64,000 bases of DNA from an uncultured Gammaproteobacteria bacterium (GTDB taxonomy: Bacteria; Pseudomonadota; Gammaproteobacteria; UBA9214), in NCBI GenBank assembly GCA_963773065.1, contig CAVYZN010000014.1, forward strand, positions 32,001 to 96,000, written 5' to 3'. A model generated the notes under the pieces. The model had not been told where the DNA came from. It searched no databases and saw only the letters and a program-made list of their open reading frames with translations. The translations under genes were made by a program, and so were the position numbers. Position 1 is the stretch's first letter. Each line of letters opens with the position of its first letter. Below are positions 37,331 to 49,535 of the stretch, piece after piece.

Positions 37331-38587
37331 ATGACGTACAAAAGAATTACGATCCCGACAACTGGCGAAAGGATCCAGGTCCATGCCGACGGCTCACTGA
37401 CGGTGCCAAACCAGCCGGTCATACCCTATATCGAGGGTGATGGCATCGGGGTGGATATCACCCCGGTCATGCGCCGGGTGGTCGATGCCGTTGTGGAACG
37501 CGCCTATGCAGGGGAGCGCTCCATCGTCTGGATGGAGATCTACGCGGGAGAAAAGGCCAACGAGGTCTACGGCGAGAATACCTGGCTGCCGGATGAAACG
37601 CTGGATGCTATTCGTGATTACACGGTTGCGATCAAGGGACCGCTGACGACACCCGTCGGCGGCGGTATTCGTTCCCTGAATGTCTCACTGCGCCAGGAAT
37701 TGGATTTGTATGTCTGCCAGCGTCCGGTTCGCTATTTTGACGGCACCCCCAGTCCGCTGAAGGCGCCTGAAAAAACCGACATGGTGATTTTCCGAGAGAA
37801 TTCCGAGGACATCTACGCCGGTATCGAGTGGAAAGCCGGCAGCGCCGAAGCCAGAAAGATCATTGACTTCATGCGCAACGAGATGGGGGTCAAAAAGATC
37901 CGCTTCCCGGAAACGTCCGCGATCGGCATAAAACCGGTATCGGAAGAGGGCAGCAAGCGTCTGGTGCGCAAGGCAATCCAGTATGCCATTGATCAGGACC
38001 GTGGGTCGGTTACCCTGGTTCACAAGGGCAACATCATGAAATTCACCGAAGGCGCATTCAAGAACTGGGGTTACGAACTCGCCCAGGATGAATTCGGCGC
38101 GACGCAACTCGATAGTGGACCCTGGTGCAGACTGGATAGTCCCAAAACAGGGAAGGAGATCATCATCAAGGATGTCATCGCCGATGCCTTCCTGCAGCAG
38201 ATTCTCCTGCGCCCGGAAGATTACAGTGTCATCGCCACACTCAACCTCAATGGCGACTATATTTCCGATGCGCTTGCCGCACAGGTCGGAGGCATCGGCA
38301 TGGCGCCGGGCGCCAATCTATCCGACAGCGTCGCTCTCTTCGAGGCAACGCACGGGACTGCCCCCAAGTACGCCGGCAGGGATATGGTGAACCCCAGTTC
38401 ACTGATACTGTCTGCGGAAATGATGCTGAGGTACCTGGGATGGAACGAGGCGGCTGACAGGATCATCAGCGGTCTGTCCGGCGCTATCGCCGCCAAGACG
38501 GTGACCTATGACCTGGCGCGTCTCATGGCTGGCGCCACCACGATAAGCTGCTCCCGTTTTGGTGAAGCAATCATAGCCCACGCCTGA
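37331..38587 (+). CDS. icd: NADP-dependent isocitrate dehydrogenase
   Basis: [46 protein letters not shown]. Confidence 0.97.
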   Translation: MTYKRITIPTTGERIQVHADGSLTVPNQPVIPYIEGDGIGVDITPVMRRVVDAVVERAYAGERSIVWMEIYAGEKANEVYGENTWLPDETLDAIRDYTVAIKGPLTTPVGGGIRSLNVSLRQELDLYVCQRPVRYFDGTPSPLKAPEKTDMVIFRENSEDIYAGIEWKAGSAEARKIIDFMRNEMGVKKIRFPETSAIGIKPVSEEGSKRLVRKAIQYAIDQDRGSVTLVHKGNIMKFTEGAFKNWGYELAQDEFGATQLDSGPWCRLDSPKTGKEIIIKDVIADAFLQQILLRPEDYSVIATLNLNGDYISDALAAQVGGIGMAPGANLSDSVALFEATHGTAPKYAGRDMVNPSSLILSAEMMLRYLGWNEAADRIISGLSGAIAAKTVTYDLARLMAGATTISCSRFGEAIIAHA

Positions 38588-38634
38588 ACGGCGTGGGCGT
38601 ATGTCAGGATGCAACGCGGGAATGCGCGAGAGGG

Positions 38635-38844
38635 TTACAGATCGGCAGCTTTGATGTTTGCGGCCTGCAAACCCTTTGGACCTTCGGTGATTTCGAATTG
38701 TACTTTCTGACCCTCGTTCAGTGTCTTGTAGCCATCCATCTGAATGGCCGAGAAATGTGCAAACACATCTTCACCGCCTTCATCCGGAGAAATAAAACCA
38801 TAACCCTTGGAATTGCTGAACCACTTTACTGTACCAATTGTCAT
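38635..38844 (-). CDS. cspD: Cold-shock domain protein CspD
   Basis: [20 protein letters not shown]; divergent from clpS. Confidence 0.9.
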   Translation of the reverse strand: MTIGTVKWFSNSKGYGFISPDEGGEDVFAHFSAIQMDGYKTLNEGQKVQFEITEGPKGLQAANIKAADL

Positions 38845-39189
38845 ATCGTCCCTTCCTGAGACATGCCTCTGACGGCATGTCATCCGTCGTTCCTATCTAC
38901 AGGCATTACCGGCAGCCCCCGGTTGAGAACATCCCGGATTATCCTCCCCCTGTGGCCGGAAGCCCGGCCAGCGGCTAATAAGTTAAATGTGTCCTTTATG
39001 CTTAGTCAAGTATGCATTTGCCTTGCCGATTCATTGCGCATGTTGCAATGGTGTTTTTATTGCGCGGTATTCGGTTCTATACTATATCCAGTTACATTAT
39101 TAATTGTTTGCGCCAGATACCCTGAGATCACAAGATGCCAATCCGGGACCGATGATTTCATGTACACCTGTTAGACTGGAATTGCAGCC

Positions 39190-39510
39190 ATGACAGACGA
39201 ACACCGGAGCAATGGCGAAGAGGATGTCGCACTCAAGGAGGCCATGCCGGAAGTCAAGGAGCCACCCCTATACAAGGTGGTCCTGCTGAATGATGACTTC
39301 ACACCGATGGAATTCGTGGTCATGCTGCTGGAGAAACTGTTCGGCATGGATCGGGAGAAGGCGACACGGGTCATGTTGCACGTGCATACCCAGGGCAAGG
39401 GGGTATGCGGCATCTATACGCACGAGATTGCGGAAACCAAAGTTGCACAGGTCAATGAATATGCAAGACGCCACCAGCACCCCCTGTTATGCAGCATGGA
39501 GGAGGTCTAG
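39190..39510 (+). CDS. clpS: Clp protease adaptor
   Basis: [29 protein letters not shown]. Confidence 0.97.
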   Translation: MTDEHRSNGEEDVALKEAMPEVKEPPLYKVVLLNDDFTPMEFVVMLLEKLFGMDREKATRVMLHVHTQGKGVCGIYTHEIAETKVAQVNEYARRHQHPLLCSMEEV

Positions 39511-39531
39511 CCGGCTGACCGGGGTGCCACT

Positions 39532-41787
39532 ATGCTGAGCAAGGAACTTGAATTCACGCTGAATTTCGCCTTCAAGGACGCCCGCGAGAAGCATCATGAA
39601 TTCATGACGGTCGAGCACCTGCTTTTCGCCCTGCTAGGCAACCCTTCCGCCGTCGAAGTCTTGCGCGCCTGCGGAGCCGATCTGGAGCAGCTGAAGCGTG
39701 ATCTCGGCAGGTTCCTGGACGAAACCACACCACGGCTGGCAGTGGGGGATACACGCGAAACACAACCCACACTGGGCTTCCAACGAGTGCTGCAGCGTGC
39801 CGTCTTTCATGTTCAGTCTTCCGACAAGAATGAAGTCACCGGCGCCAATGTGCTGGTCGCCATATTCAGCGAGCAGGAATCCCAGGCGGTCTACTTTCTC
39901 AACAAAATGAATATCACCCGGCTGGATGTCGTCAATTACATCTCGCACGGGATCTCCAAGGTGCACCACCAAGCCGACGAAAATATCGATAACCCGGGTG
40001 CAGGAACCGCCACCGAGGGCGGGCAAAAACAGCCGCTGGAGAGTTTCGCGACCAACCTCAACGAACTTGCCGCCCAGGGAAAGATCGATCCGCTGATCGG
40101 GCGGCGCCCCGAAATCCGCCGCACCGTGCAGATACTGTGCCGCCGGCGCAAGAACAACCCGCTCTTCGTCGGCGAAGCCGGGGTGGGGAAGACGGCCATT
40201 GCCGAGGGACTGGCGAAAATGATCGTCGAAGGTGACGTGCCTGACGTGCTGCTCGGCAGCACCATCTATTCGCTCGATCTCGGTTCGCTGGTCGCCGGCA
40301 CGAAATATCGCGGTGATTTCGAGAAACGCCTGAAGGCGGTACTGGCGCAGTTGCGCCGGGAGCCGGGCGCGATCTTGTTTATCGACGAGATCCACACCAT
40401 CATCGGCGCCGGCGCGGCCTCGGGCGGCGTGATGGACGCTTCCAACCTGATCAAACCCATGCTCGCATCGGGTGAGTTGAAGTGCATCGGTTCCACCACC
40501 TATCAGGAATACCGCGGCATCTTCGAAAAAGACCACGCGCTGTCACGGCGTTTCCAGAAAATCGACATCAGCGAACCCAGCGTCGCGGAGACCATCGAGA
40601 TCCTGAAAGGATTGCGCCCGCGTTTTGAAGAGCACCATAACGTGAAGTATTCATCGCGGGCGCTGCGTGCGGCGGCCGAGTTGTCCGACCGTTACATCAA
40701 TGATCGTCATTTGCCGGACAAGGCCCTGGACGTGATCGACGAGGCCGGTGCCAGCCAGCGCCTGTGCGCCCCTTCGCGCCGCAAGAAAACCATCGGCGTC
40801 ACCGAAATCGAAACCATCATAGCTCAGATGGCGCGCATACCCGCCAAGACGGTCACCGTCTCCGACAAGGAGACCCTGCGCAACCTGGAGCGGGACCTCA
40901 AGATGGTCGTTTACGGACAGGACAAGGCGATCGATACCCTGGCCTCGGCAATCAAGATGTCGCGCTCCGGGCTGGGAGCGGAATCCAAACCCATCGGCTC
41001 GTTCCTGTTCGCGGGACCGAGCGGTGTCGGCAAGACCGAGGTGACCCGGCAGTTGGCACGGATCATGGGACTGGAACTGGTGCGCTTCGACATGTCGGAA
41101 TACATGGAACGGCATACGGTATCGCGCCTGATCGGCGCACCGCCGGGATACGTCGGTTATGACCAGGGCGGCCTGCTCACCGAGTCCATCAGCAAGAACC
41201 CGCATGTCGTACTGCTACTCGATGAAATCGAGAAGGCGCATCCGGATGTCTTCAATCTGCTGCTCCAGGTAATGGATCACGGCACATTGACCGACAACAA
41301 CGGTCGCAAAGCGGACTTCAGAAATGTCGTGCTGGTCATGACGACGAATGCCGGGGCGCAGGAGATGAGCCGGCCATCGATCGGGTTCACGACACAGGAT
41401 CACTCCACCGACGGGATGGAAGCCATCCGCCGCCTGTTCACCCCAGAATTCCGCAACCGCCTGGATGCCATCGTCCAGTTCAATGCACTCGATCCGACCG
41501 TCATCACCCAGGTGGTGGACAAATTCATCTTTGAACTCGAGGCGCAGTTGCAGGAACAGCAGGTAACCATCGAGGTCGATGAGGCAGCCCGCCTGTGGCT
41601 TGCCCAACATGGCTATGACCCGAAGATGGGTGCGCGCCCCATGGCGCGCATCATCCAGCAACACATCAAGAAGCCGCTGGCGGAGGAATTATTGTTTGGC
41701 CGGTTGGCGCACGGCGGGCACTTGGTGATACGCGAGGTCGGTGGCAGCCTGATCTTTGATATCGAGGAGAAGGAATGCGTGCACTGA
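39532..41787 (+). CDS. clpA: Clp protease ATP-binding subunit
   Basis: Two AAA modules ([16 protein letters not shown]); follows clpS. Confidence 0.97.
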   Translation: MLSKELEFTLNFAFKDAREKHHEFMTVEHLLFALLGNPSAVEVLRACGADLEQLKRDLGRFLDETTPRLAVGDTRETQPTLGFQRVLQRAVFHVQSSDKNEVTGANVLVAIFSEQESQAVYFLNKMNITRLDVVNYISHGISKVHHQADENIDNPGAGTATEGGQKQPLESFATNLNELAAQGKIDPLIGRRPEIRRTVQILCRRRKNNPLFVGEAGVGKTAIAEGLAKMIVEGDVPDVLLGSTIYSLDLGSLVAGTKYRGDFEKRLKAVLAQLRREPGAILFIDEIHTIIGAGAASGGVMDASNLIKPMLASGELKCIGSTTYQEYRGIFEKDHALSRRFQKIDISEPSVAETIEILKGLRPRFEEHHNVKYSSRALRAAAELSDRYINDRHLPDKALDVIDEAGASQRLCAPSRRKKTIGVTEIETIIAQMARIPAKTVTVSDKETLRNLERDLKMVVYGQDKAIDTLASAIKMSRSGLGAESKPIGSFLFAGPSGVGKTEVTRQLARIMGLELVRFDMSEYMERHTVSRLIGAPPGYVGYDQGGLLTESISKNPHVVLLLDEIEKAHPDVFNLLLQVMDHGTLTDNNGRKADFRNVVLVMTTNAGAQEMSRPSIGFTTQDHSTDGMEAIRRLFTPEFRNRLDAIVQFNALDPTVITQVVDKFIFELEAQLQEQQVTIEVDEAARLWLAQHGYDPKMGARPMARIIQQHIKKPLAEELLFGRLAHGGHLVIREVGGSLIFDIEEKECVH

Positions 41788-41811
41788 GTGCAGGGTGCTT
41801 ACCCGTAGATC

Positions 41812-42030
41812 TCAGCGTGCGCGATAGGTAATCCGCGCCTTGCTCAGGTCGTAGGGCGTCATTTCAACCGTCACCTTGTCTCCCCGCAGTATACGGATGT
41901 AATGCTTTCTCATCTTTCCAGAGATATGCGCGGTCACCACGTGTCCGTTTTCCAACTGGACGCGGAACATGGTGTTGGGAAGCGTCTCGATCACGGTCCC
42001 TTCCATCTCAATCTGTTCTTCTTTTGACAT
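41812..42030 (-). CDS. infA: Translation initiation factor IF-1
   Basis: [32 protein letters not shown]. Confidence 0.98.
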   Translation of the reverse strand: MSKEEQIEMEGTVIETLPNTMFRVQLENGHVVTAHISGKMRKHYIRILRGDKVTVEMTPYDLSKARITYRAR

Positions 42031-42156
42031 AAAATCCGGTTCTTAGCACTCGATAGGCGAATTGGCGCTGCATTATACACGGAAGGTCCGGCAGGAAAAA
42101 ATTGTTATTCCGAGCGGAAACAACCACGGGAATACGGGCACTAGACCGCTTTAGCA

Positions 42157-42400
42157 GGTTCGCCCTTGGTTGCGTAAGCCCGTCAGAGAAATTCGCTTAG
42201 GGTTCAAAGGCCGGTTTGGGGATAAGCCTTGAAACCGGCTGCCGTCCCGACCTTGATTGGTTTCCTTGCGTGCACGGTGTGGATAATGAGGCGCGATGTT
42301 TCTACGCGCGACGGCCCGAAAAGCCACAAGGGTACCGGCTGGCATCAGGTGCTGTGTGTTCCGGTGAGTACCGGTTGATCGCGCCGGGCAACGAGTGGCC
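42157..42400 (+). mobile_element. Decayed, internally deleted IS1634 relic
   Basis: CGGTGTGGATAATG..ATGTTTCT.CG.GCGACG matches the start region of the 1840-2655 element; remnants 'GT.WHQVL' and 'YRLIAPGNEW'. Confidence 0.8.
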
Positions 42401-42801
42401 GGAATGAACATTGCGGTCTACGGGCTTCCGAGCACGACATTCGATGCGTTTCACACAAGAGACTCGGAGATAGATGGGTACGTCAAAAATTCGACAACCC
42501 TGGCTATCTCGACCACCGTACTTGTAACCACGGGATAGAGTTCCGCAGCGCTGCTGACGAGGCCTCGCAGACCCACGCTACGCTGCCGATCGGCACGGAC
42601 TCATCTCGCTGGTCGTGGTGACGTGTAAGGAGTTGCAGTGATCGCACAAGGAGATCTGCAAACGGGTGCGCCGGATTCCGATGGTATTCACGGTGGAAAG
42701 TCTGTAAGTGTCTGTGTCGCCGGCGTGGCTGTCCGTTTGGGGCGGTGAGACAGGCATTGGCAAGGTCCGGGTGCTATGCTACATAAGTGTCGCTTAATAG
42801 T

Positions 42802-44272
42802 ATGAAGCATTGGGCTCCGATGCAGGATAATAAAACGCCCCCCTCAGACAGCACGAACAAACCAGTCTCCGGTGAGCGATCATCACTCGAAGTGCTCGCC
42901 GAGAGCCGGGGTAAAGTGCGGCACTGGCTCCACACCTTAACCGCCGTGGTGTTGCTGGTAATTGCGCTTATCACGATACACGAAATCTTCGTCCTCCTGT
43001 CCTCGCCCGTATCCTCCATGCATAACGTAGTGCATATCAGCCTATTGGGCGTTGCCAGTGTATCGAGTGCCTGCCTCTGGGTGTTCTGGACCGTTTATCG
43101 TTCGTTTGGTGTGCATGAAAGTGATATTGGTGACGCGTACACCAGGCTGGATCAACTTGTGCGGGACAGGAGTCGGGAGCTGGCATCCTCCAAGTCATTG
43201 TTGGAGTCTCTGTTTGATGCTTTTCAGGACCGTATGGTTGTGGTGGCCAACGATGGACGGATCGTACACGTCAACAGGGTGGCTACAGCCGAGGCGGGGC
43301 ACGATCCGTGTGGCAAGCATTTCAGCGAAATCTTTCCCGGCTGTGATCCGAATGACGAGCGGCGTAGCGAGTTCAGGTTGATCGAGCATACCTTCCGCAC
43401 GAAGATGCCGCAGAGAAACCGGCTTGTCAGGGGGGGTAATGCATGCGTCCGTGTACTGGCCGTTGACACGTTTCCGGTAGTGAATGAGGCCGGGAATGTG
43501 CAACTCGTCGTCGAGGTGGCTCGGGATGTCACGGAGGATAAGGAAGATCAGGCGCTTGCGAGCCACTACGAAAAGATGGCCGCACTCGGGCTGCTCGCGG
43601 CGGGTGTAGCACATGATCTGGCCAACCCGCTCGCGTCCCTTTCCTCGGAGCTTCAGATGCTCAGTCAGGAAGTTGACATTGAGCGCATACGCAGATCATT
43701 GCAGACACTCGAAAGACACATCGCGCGCATCACGGCTTCCGTCCATGATATTCTGGGTTTCGCCCGGAAACGCAGCGACCGTTCGGGAAGGGCATCGGTC
43801 CATTCCGCCATTGAGGATACGTTGCGGTTGCTGCGCCATGACCCGCGGGCCAGGTCAGTACGCTTCGAGGTTGACGTTCCGCACAAAGTCCCGCCCATCG
43901 CCATGAAAGAGGATGACTTGGTACTGGTGTTGCTCAACGTCATGGTCAATGCGATCGATGCGATGCCAACGGGCGGAAAGGTTAAGGTGTCCACCCAGTC
44001 CGGCCATCAGGACCACATCGTGTTGACGGTCAAGGACACGGGCACAGGCATGGACGCCGAGACGCTGGCGAGTGCCACGCAGCCGCTTTTTACCACCAAG
44101 GCGGGCAGCGGCGGGACGGGACTGGGCCTGGCTGTGGCGAGTACACTGATGCAGCGCGTAAACGGGGGGTTATCGATTAGCAGCCGTTCCGGGACGGGGA
44201 ACGACGGTGGCGCTGAAACTCCCGTTGCGGCGCACACCCGAGTCGCGGGATCGGGCCCGGGAAAGCCACTGA
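42802..44272 (+). CDS. PAS-domain membrane histidine kinase
   Basis: 2 TM segments, PAS, H-box AHDLANPL, N-box NAIDAM, DTGTG, FTTK, GTGLGL; natural end GTTVALKLP...* in another frame. Confidence 0.88.
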
Positions 44273-44274
44273 TC

Positions 44275-45615
44275 ATGTCCGATCGCATTCTGATAATCGA
44301 GGACGAGGATACACTCCGCGACAATCTCGCCGCTCATCTGGCCAGCCGTGGCTATGACGCAAATGCCGTGGGCACCGGGGCAGAAGGGGTACGTGCACTC
44401 GCCGAGCGACCGTATGACTTCCTGATTACCGACCTCTATCTGGAGGATACCGATGGCGTCGAAATCCTTAATCGGCTGCAATCCTGGTCCGCCAACACAA
44501 CCGTTCTGGTGATGACGGCATACGGGTCGATGGAATCGGCGATCGAGGCGTTTCGTTTCGGTGCCTTCGATTATCTCGTCAAACCTTTCTCATTCACTGA
44601 ACTCGATCAGAAAATCGAAAACATCGCGAAGCACCGCAAGCTGATTCGGGAAAACACGCTGCTTCGTGCACAACTTCACGCCGCCGAATTACCGGAAAAT
44701 ATCGTTTTTGTTTCACAGGCCATGAAGGATGTAATGGCGTTGGTAAAGAGAGTCGCGGCCTCTCGCAGCAACGTACTTATCACTGGCGAATCGGGCACCG
44801 GAAAGGAACTCATTGCGCGCGCCCTTCATGAGTTCTCACGCGCCAGCGAGGGTCTATTCGTGCCGTTGAACGTCGCCGCCATCCCCGAAGGACTGGTGGA
44901 AAGCTATTTGTTCGGCCACATGAAAGGTGCGTTCACGGATGCCGGAGCGGCTCGCGAGGGCGTGTTTCGAGCCGCGGCGGGGGGAACGCTCTTCCTGGAC
45001 GAGATCGGTGACCTGGCGTTGCCGGTTCAGGCGAAGCTGCTGCGCGCGCTTGAGGAAAAGGAAATTACGCCGGTTGGCGCGGATCTCCCGATGAAGGTAG
45101 ATACCCGTATCATCGCGGCGACGCACCGCGATCTGGAAGGCATGGTCGAACAGGGTAGATTCAGGCGGGACTTGCTCATGCGGCTCAATGTGATCAACAT
45201 TCACACACCACCCCTGCGTCAACGGCAAGAGGATATCCTGCCGCTGGCGAGATATCTCGTTGCCCGGCATTGTCGGGAAGTTGGCAGACCGATACTGGAT
45301 ATCGAGAGCGCGGCGCTTCAGGTACTTGCGTCATACGACTGGCGCAAGGGTAACGTCCGGGAGCTGTCAAACGTCCTGGAACGCGCCGTGATTCTTTGTG
45401 AAGACGAGACCATCGGCACCAACGAGTTGCCGCTCGATTTCGTGGAGTCCCATGCGCCTGGCCCCATGAGCCTCAGAATGGCGGCACAGGCCTTCGAGCG
45501 ACAGTACATTGCGCGTGTGCTCCAAACTGTCAACGGGGATCGCGCACTCGCTGCGCGCGTTCTCGGCGTCTCCGTGTCTACCCTCTATCGCCGCCTCGAC
45601 TCCGACGCTTCTTGA
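44275..45615 (+). CDS. Sigma54-dependent response regulator (NtrC/AtoC family)
   Basis: Receiver (IIEDE, TDL, KPF), GESGTGKE, GAFTDA, FLDEIG, GNVREL, Fis-type HTH. Confidence 0.93.
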   Translation: MSDRILIIEDEDTLRDNLAAHLASRGYDANAVGTGAEGVRALAERPYDFLITDLYLEDTDGVEILNRLQSWSANTTVLVMTAYGSMESAIEAFRFGAFDYLVKPFSFTELDQKIENIAKHRKLIRENTLLRAQLHAAELPENIVFVSQAMKDVMALVKRVAASRSNVLITGESGTGKELIARALHEFSRASEGLFVPLNVAAIPEGLVESYLFGHMKGAFTDAGAAREGVFRAAAGGTLFLDEIGDLALPVQAKLLRALEEKEITPVGADLPMKVDTRIIAATHRDLEGMVEQGRFRRDLLMRLNVINIHTPPLRQRQEDILPLARYLVARHCREVGRPILDIESAALQVLASYDWRKGNVRELSNVLERAVILCEDETIGTNELPLDFVESHAPGPMSLRMAAQAFERQYIARVLQTVNGDRALAARVLGVSVSTLYRRLDSDAS

Positions 45616-45621
45616 GGCTGC

Positions 45622-45668
45622 TTCGCAATCCTGAGAACGCGGGCCGGCTCGTTTCTCAAGTCTGAGAA
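45622..45668. promoter_or_regulatory. Tandem enhancer (UAS) palindromes TTC(G/T)CA-N4-TGAGAA
   Basis: TTCGCAatccTGAGAA (45622-45637) and TTCTCAagtcTGAGAA (45653-45668), 31 bp apart, right after the activator gene. Confidence 0.65.
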
Positions 45669-45774
45669 TCCAATCGTCGGTAAAATTTCCGCGGTCTGCA
45701 ATTCCCCGGCCGCATCCCCCATTGCAAACAGACGCTTAGCCGGCCGGCCGGCCTTTCGCGGGATGTCGTGATTG

Positions 45775-45790
45775 CGGCACCGATATTGCG
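45775..45790 (+). promoter_or_regulatory. Sigma54 -24/-12 promoter
   Basis: CGGCACcgataTTGCG, GG-N10-GC spacing, ~110 bp downstream of the UAS pair. Confidence 0.65.
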
Positions 45791-46214
45791 TAGGGAATTA
45801 GCTAGCTCGCGTTTCCTATCGGCACGCGTACATCGGTTTACATAACTATAAATAAGTGTTGAATAACCAATGGAGAAGAATCTCAAGACTTATCATGGCA
45901 ACGGCCGCAGGGCTGCTTGCCAAGATGGTGTCATGAACGAAGCGAGGGGGTGGCTTTCTCAGATTGACGGCCATCATCTCGATCGGGCGTTCCATTTCAA
46001 CCTGCCCTCAGCGCGGCGGTCCCTCGAGAATTATCACAACCATCGAATATTCACCAGTAATCGCCAAAGTTCTGGCACATCCGGGCTTGGAGTTACCCGG
46101 GCACCGCCCCAAGCACCGACGCGAATGTTCGACCACTTCGCTGTTTATCTCGGATCTGTTGGATGCCGACAGAGAATTGTTTCACACCAGATCGTGCGAG
46201 GCAGGAGTTGGGGC

Positions 46215-48849
46215 ATGTTCAGGTTGCTGACCGCACTGTTGTTGTTGACTGTCACCGCCGCCGACTCCGCGGCGGCCGATGCGACGCGGGTGGCTATCGG
46301 AGTGTTGGTTCGCGATAGCGAACACAACGCGATTGAGCACTGGACGCCCACCGCGGACTACCTGTCCCAGCAAATTCCGGAACGACGATTCGTTATCATC
46401 CCCCACAACCTGGACGGCATGCGTCGGGCGGTCGAGCACAACGAACTCGACTTCATTCTGACTTATCCGGGCCAGTACGCCGACCTCCAGGCCAGATATG
46501 GAATCACTGCCCTGGCCACGTTACGGAATACCTGGCGGGGCAGTCTTTATTCCGTGGCTGGCGCGGTCATCATTACGCAAGCCGATCGCCAGGACCTCGA
46601 ATGGATGCAACAGCTCAAAGGAAAATCCTTCATGGCCGTCAGCCGGGACGACTATGACTGTTTTCAACTCGCCTGGTGGGTATTCAAGGCGCACAACATC
46701 GATCCGTTCCACGACCTCTCCAGGCTTGTTTTCAGCGGACTTCCGCCGGAAGAGATCGTCTATGCCGTGCGCAACAGGAGCGTTGACGCCGCTACGGTGC
46801 GCACGGGCGTTCTGGAACGCATGGCCAGGGAAGGCAGCATTGATCTGAATGAGTTCCGGATACTGCACCCGCAGCTAACGCCAGACTATCCCTTCGCAAG
46901 AAGTACCGAGCTTTACCCCGAATGGCCGTTCGCCAGGGCGCGCGGCACGCCAGTCGAACTCGCGCAGCGGGTGGCGAATGCGCTGCGAACCATGCCAGCG
47001 GACCATCCTGCCGCCCTTGCGGGCGGATACGCCGGCTGGACGGCGCCCCTCGATTATCAGCCGGTACATGAACTGCTCAAGGATCTGCACCTCTCCCCGT
47101 ACGAGATTGAAGACAATATAACGGTTGCAGATGTCATCCGTAGGTACCGGAACTGGCTTATTGTGGGTATTGCCTTTCTACTTTTACTGGGCCTTTCCAG
47201 CATTTATATGTTGAGGATGAACCAGCGTCTCAAGCTCTCGAAACGGGCGTTGCGGCGTAGCGAGGGCGCGCTGCGATCGCTGCACGACATCACGTCCCGG
47301 CATAATCTGTCCTTTGAAGGCAAGGTCCAGGCACTCCTGGCGCTGGGTTGCGAACAGTTCGGGATGCCCATCGGCATCCTTTCCCGCGTCGAGGGTGAGA
47401 ACTACGAGATCGTTGAAGTGGTGCCATCCGATGGTCCGATTCCCAAAGGCAGTGTCTTTCCTCTCGGATACACCTATTGCGTCAAAACCCTGCAATCCGC
47501 CGCACCCGTCAGTTTCGAACACGCCGCGCAATCGGAGTGGCGCACCCACCCCGCCTACGATCAGTGCAAGCTTGAAGCCTATCTCGGCATCCGGTTAGAG
47601 GTCGAAGGCGCGGTGTATGGGACGCTGAATTTCCTCAGCGCCGAACCGCGCGCCGTGTTGTTCACGAACAGCGACAAAGAGATTTTAAAACTGATGGCGC
47701 AGTGGCAGGGGAGCGAAATCGAGCGTCAGCGTGCCGAGGCCCAGAGGCGCAAGCTGTCCAGCGCGCTGGAGCAGACCGCCGACGCCGTGGTGATCACCAA
47801 CCGTGACGGTGTCATCGAGTACGTCAACTCGGCATTTCAGCAGATCACGGGTTACACCCATGAGGAAATCAGCGGGAAGACCACCGGCATCCTCAAATCC
47901 GGCAAGCACAGCGAGCAGTTCTATCGGCAACTGTGGCAGACCATCCTCCAGGGAGAGACCTATCACGAAACGATCATAAACCGGCGCAAGAACGGGTCTT
48001 TATACTACGAGGAGAAAACCATCACCCCGCTGAAGGACGCCCGTGGCGACATCGCGCATTTCGTCGCCACGGGCAAGGACATGACGAAACGCAGGCTCGC
48101 CGAAGAACATTTGCGTCAACAGCAGACGCAACTCGCCCATGCCTGCCGGGTGAGCGCCATGGGCGAAATGTCGACGGCGCTCGCGCACGAACTCAACCAG
48201 CCCCTGACCGCGATCGTCAACTATGCGCAAGGTTGTCTCCTCCGGCTACGCACCGGCGAGGTGAGCAGGATTGATCTGCTCACGGCACTGGAGCACATCG
48301 CCGCCCAGGGCAAGCTGTCGGGTGAGATCATTCGGCGGTTACGCGATTTTTTGCGCACGGGCAAGTCGTCGCTGCGTACACGCTCGGATATCAACGACAT
48401 CGTGCGCGAGGCCGCGGACATGGCGGGCCTGGAAGCGCGGCGCAAAGAGATCACGTTACGGCTTGAGTTGAGCAACGACTTGCCCCACGGTGCGCGTGGA
48501 TACGATCCAGATCGAGCAGGTGCTGCTGAATCTCGTGCGCAACGCCATCGAGGCCATCGACGCGGCGCAATGGCCGCGGCGCGAGGTGGTCATTCGGACG
48601 AGCCGCGATCCGAACAACGGCGTCGAGGTGTCCGTGCATGATACCGGACCGGGATTGCCGGAGGGGAAAGGCGAGACCATTTTCGAGGCGTTCTTCACCA
48701 CCAAGCCGGGCGGCATGGGCATGGGCTTGTGCATCAGCCGGTCGATCATCGAGACGCATGGCGATCAACTCCAGGCCATGCCCAATCCTGACGGCGGCGC
48801 TATCTTCCGCTTCGCGCTGCCCGCTGTAGAAGGAGGAGTACTGCAATGA
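46215..48849 (+). CDS. TtrS-like sensor kinase: PhnD-type periplasmic binding domain, TM, GAF, PAS, kinase (frameshift near 48488)
   Basis: W.PTADYL, VDAATVRTGVLERM, STELYPEWPFA, PLDYQPVHELL; AHELNQPL; DTGPG, FFTTK, GMGMGL. Confidence 0.88.
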
Positions 48850-49500
48850 ACTACAATCCCAACATTTTCGTCGTTGACGATGACCAGACGCTGCGCGGTT
48901 CGCTGCGCTGGCTGCTGGAGTCGCTGAAACTCAATGTCCAGACGTATGCTTCGGCGCACGAGTTCCTGTCGACCTATGATCCGGTTCAGCCGGGATGTCT
49001 CCTGCTCGACGTGCGCATGCCGGAGATCAGCGGTTTGCAGTTGCAGGCTATTCTGAAGAAACGAAGAATCCGCATCCCCATCATCATCATCACGGGGCAT
49101 AGCGACGTCTCCATGGCGGTGCGCGCCATGAAGGCCGGCGCCCTGGATTTCATCGAGAAGCCATTCAATGATCAGGATCTATTGGAATGCGTGCAACAGG
49201 CCCTGGCGATGGACGCCCGTTAGCGGCGGGAAGAGGCACAACAGCGGATTGCCATCGAACGTCTGGCCACGCTGACTCCCCGGGAGCGCGAGGTGCTGGA
49301 AAGAAATCATGTGCGGCAAACCCAACAAGGTGATCGCCGCCGATCTTGGCATCAGCATGAAGACCGTGGAAGCGCACCGGTCCAAAGTGATGGAAAAGAT
49401 GGGAGTACATTCCGCGTTCGAACTCGCCGGCGTGTATTTCACTGGCGGCGGCTATAGGGCAAAACCCTTAGCCGGACCCGGGAACGCCCGAATTTTCTAG
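48846..49500 (+). pseudogene. FixJ/TtrR-family response regulator with in-frame TAG (49221) and a frameshift (~49303)
   Basis: VVDDD, GCLLLDVRMP, EKPF; after the stop 'LTPREREVL', then 'NKVIAADLGISMKTVEAHRSKVMEKM'. Confidence 0.85.
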
Positions 49501-49535
49501 AAACATCTAGGAACATCTAAAGATTGCCTGTTACG

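Noticed and set aside
42787-45615. Apparent 942-aa histidine kinase-NtrC fusion
   Set aside because: The normal kinase end (GTTVALKLP...stop at 44272) is in another frame after a G-run near 44198, and the regulator has its own ATG at 44275; probable indel artefact.
45870-46214. N-terminal extension of the sensor kinase, or a pterin-dehydratase-like remnant (GW..IDGHHLDRAFHF)
   Set aside because: The signal peptide and RBS point to a start at 46215; the remnant similarity is too short to support.
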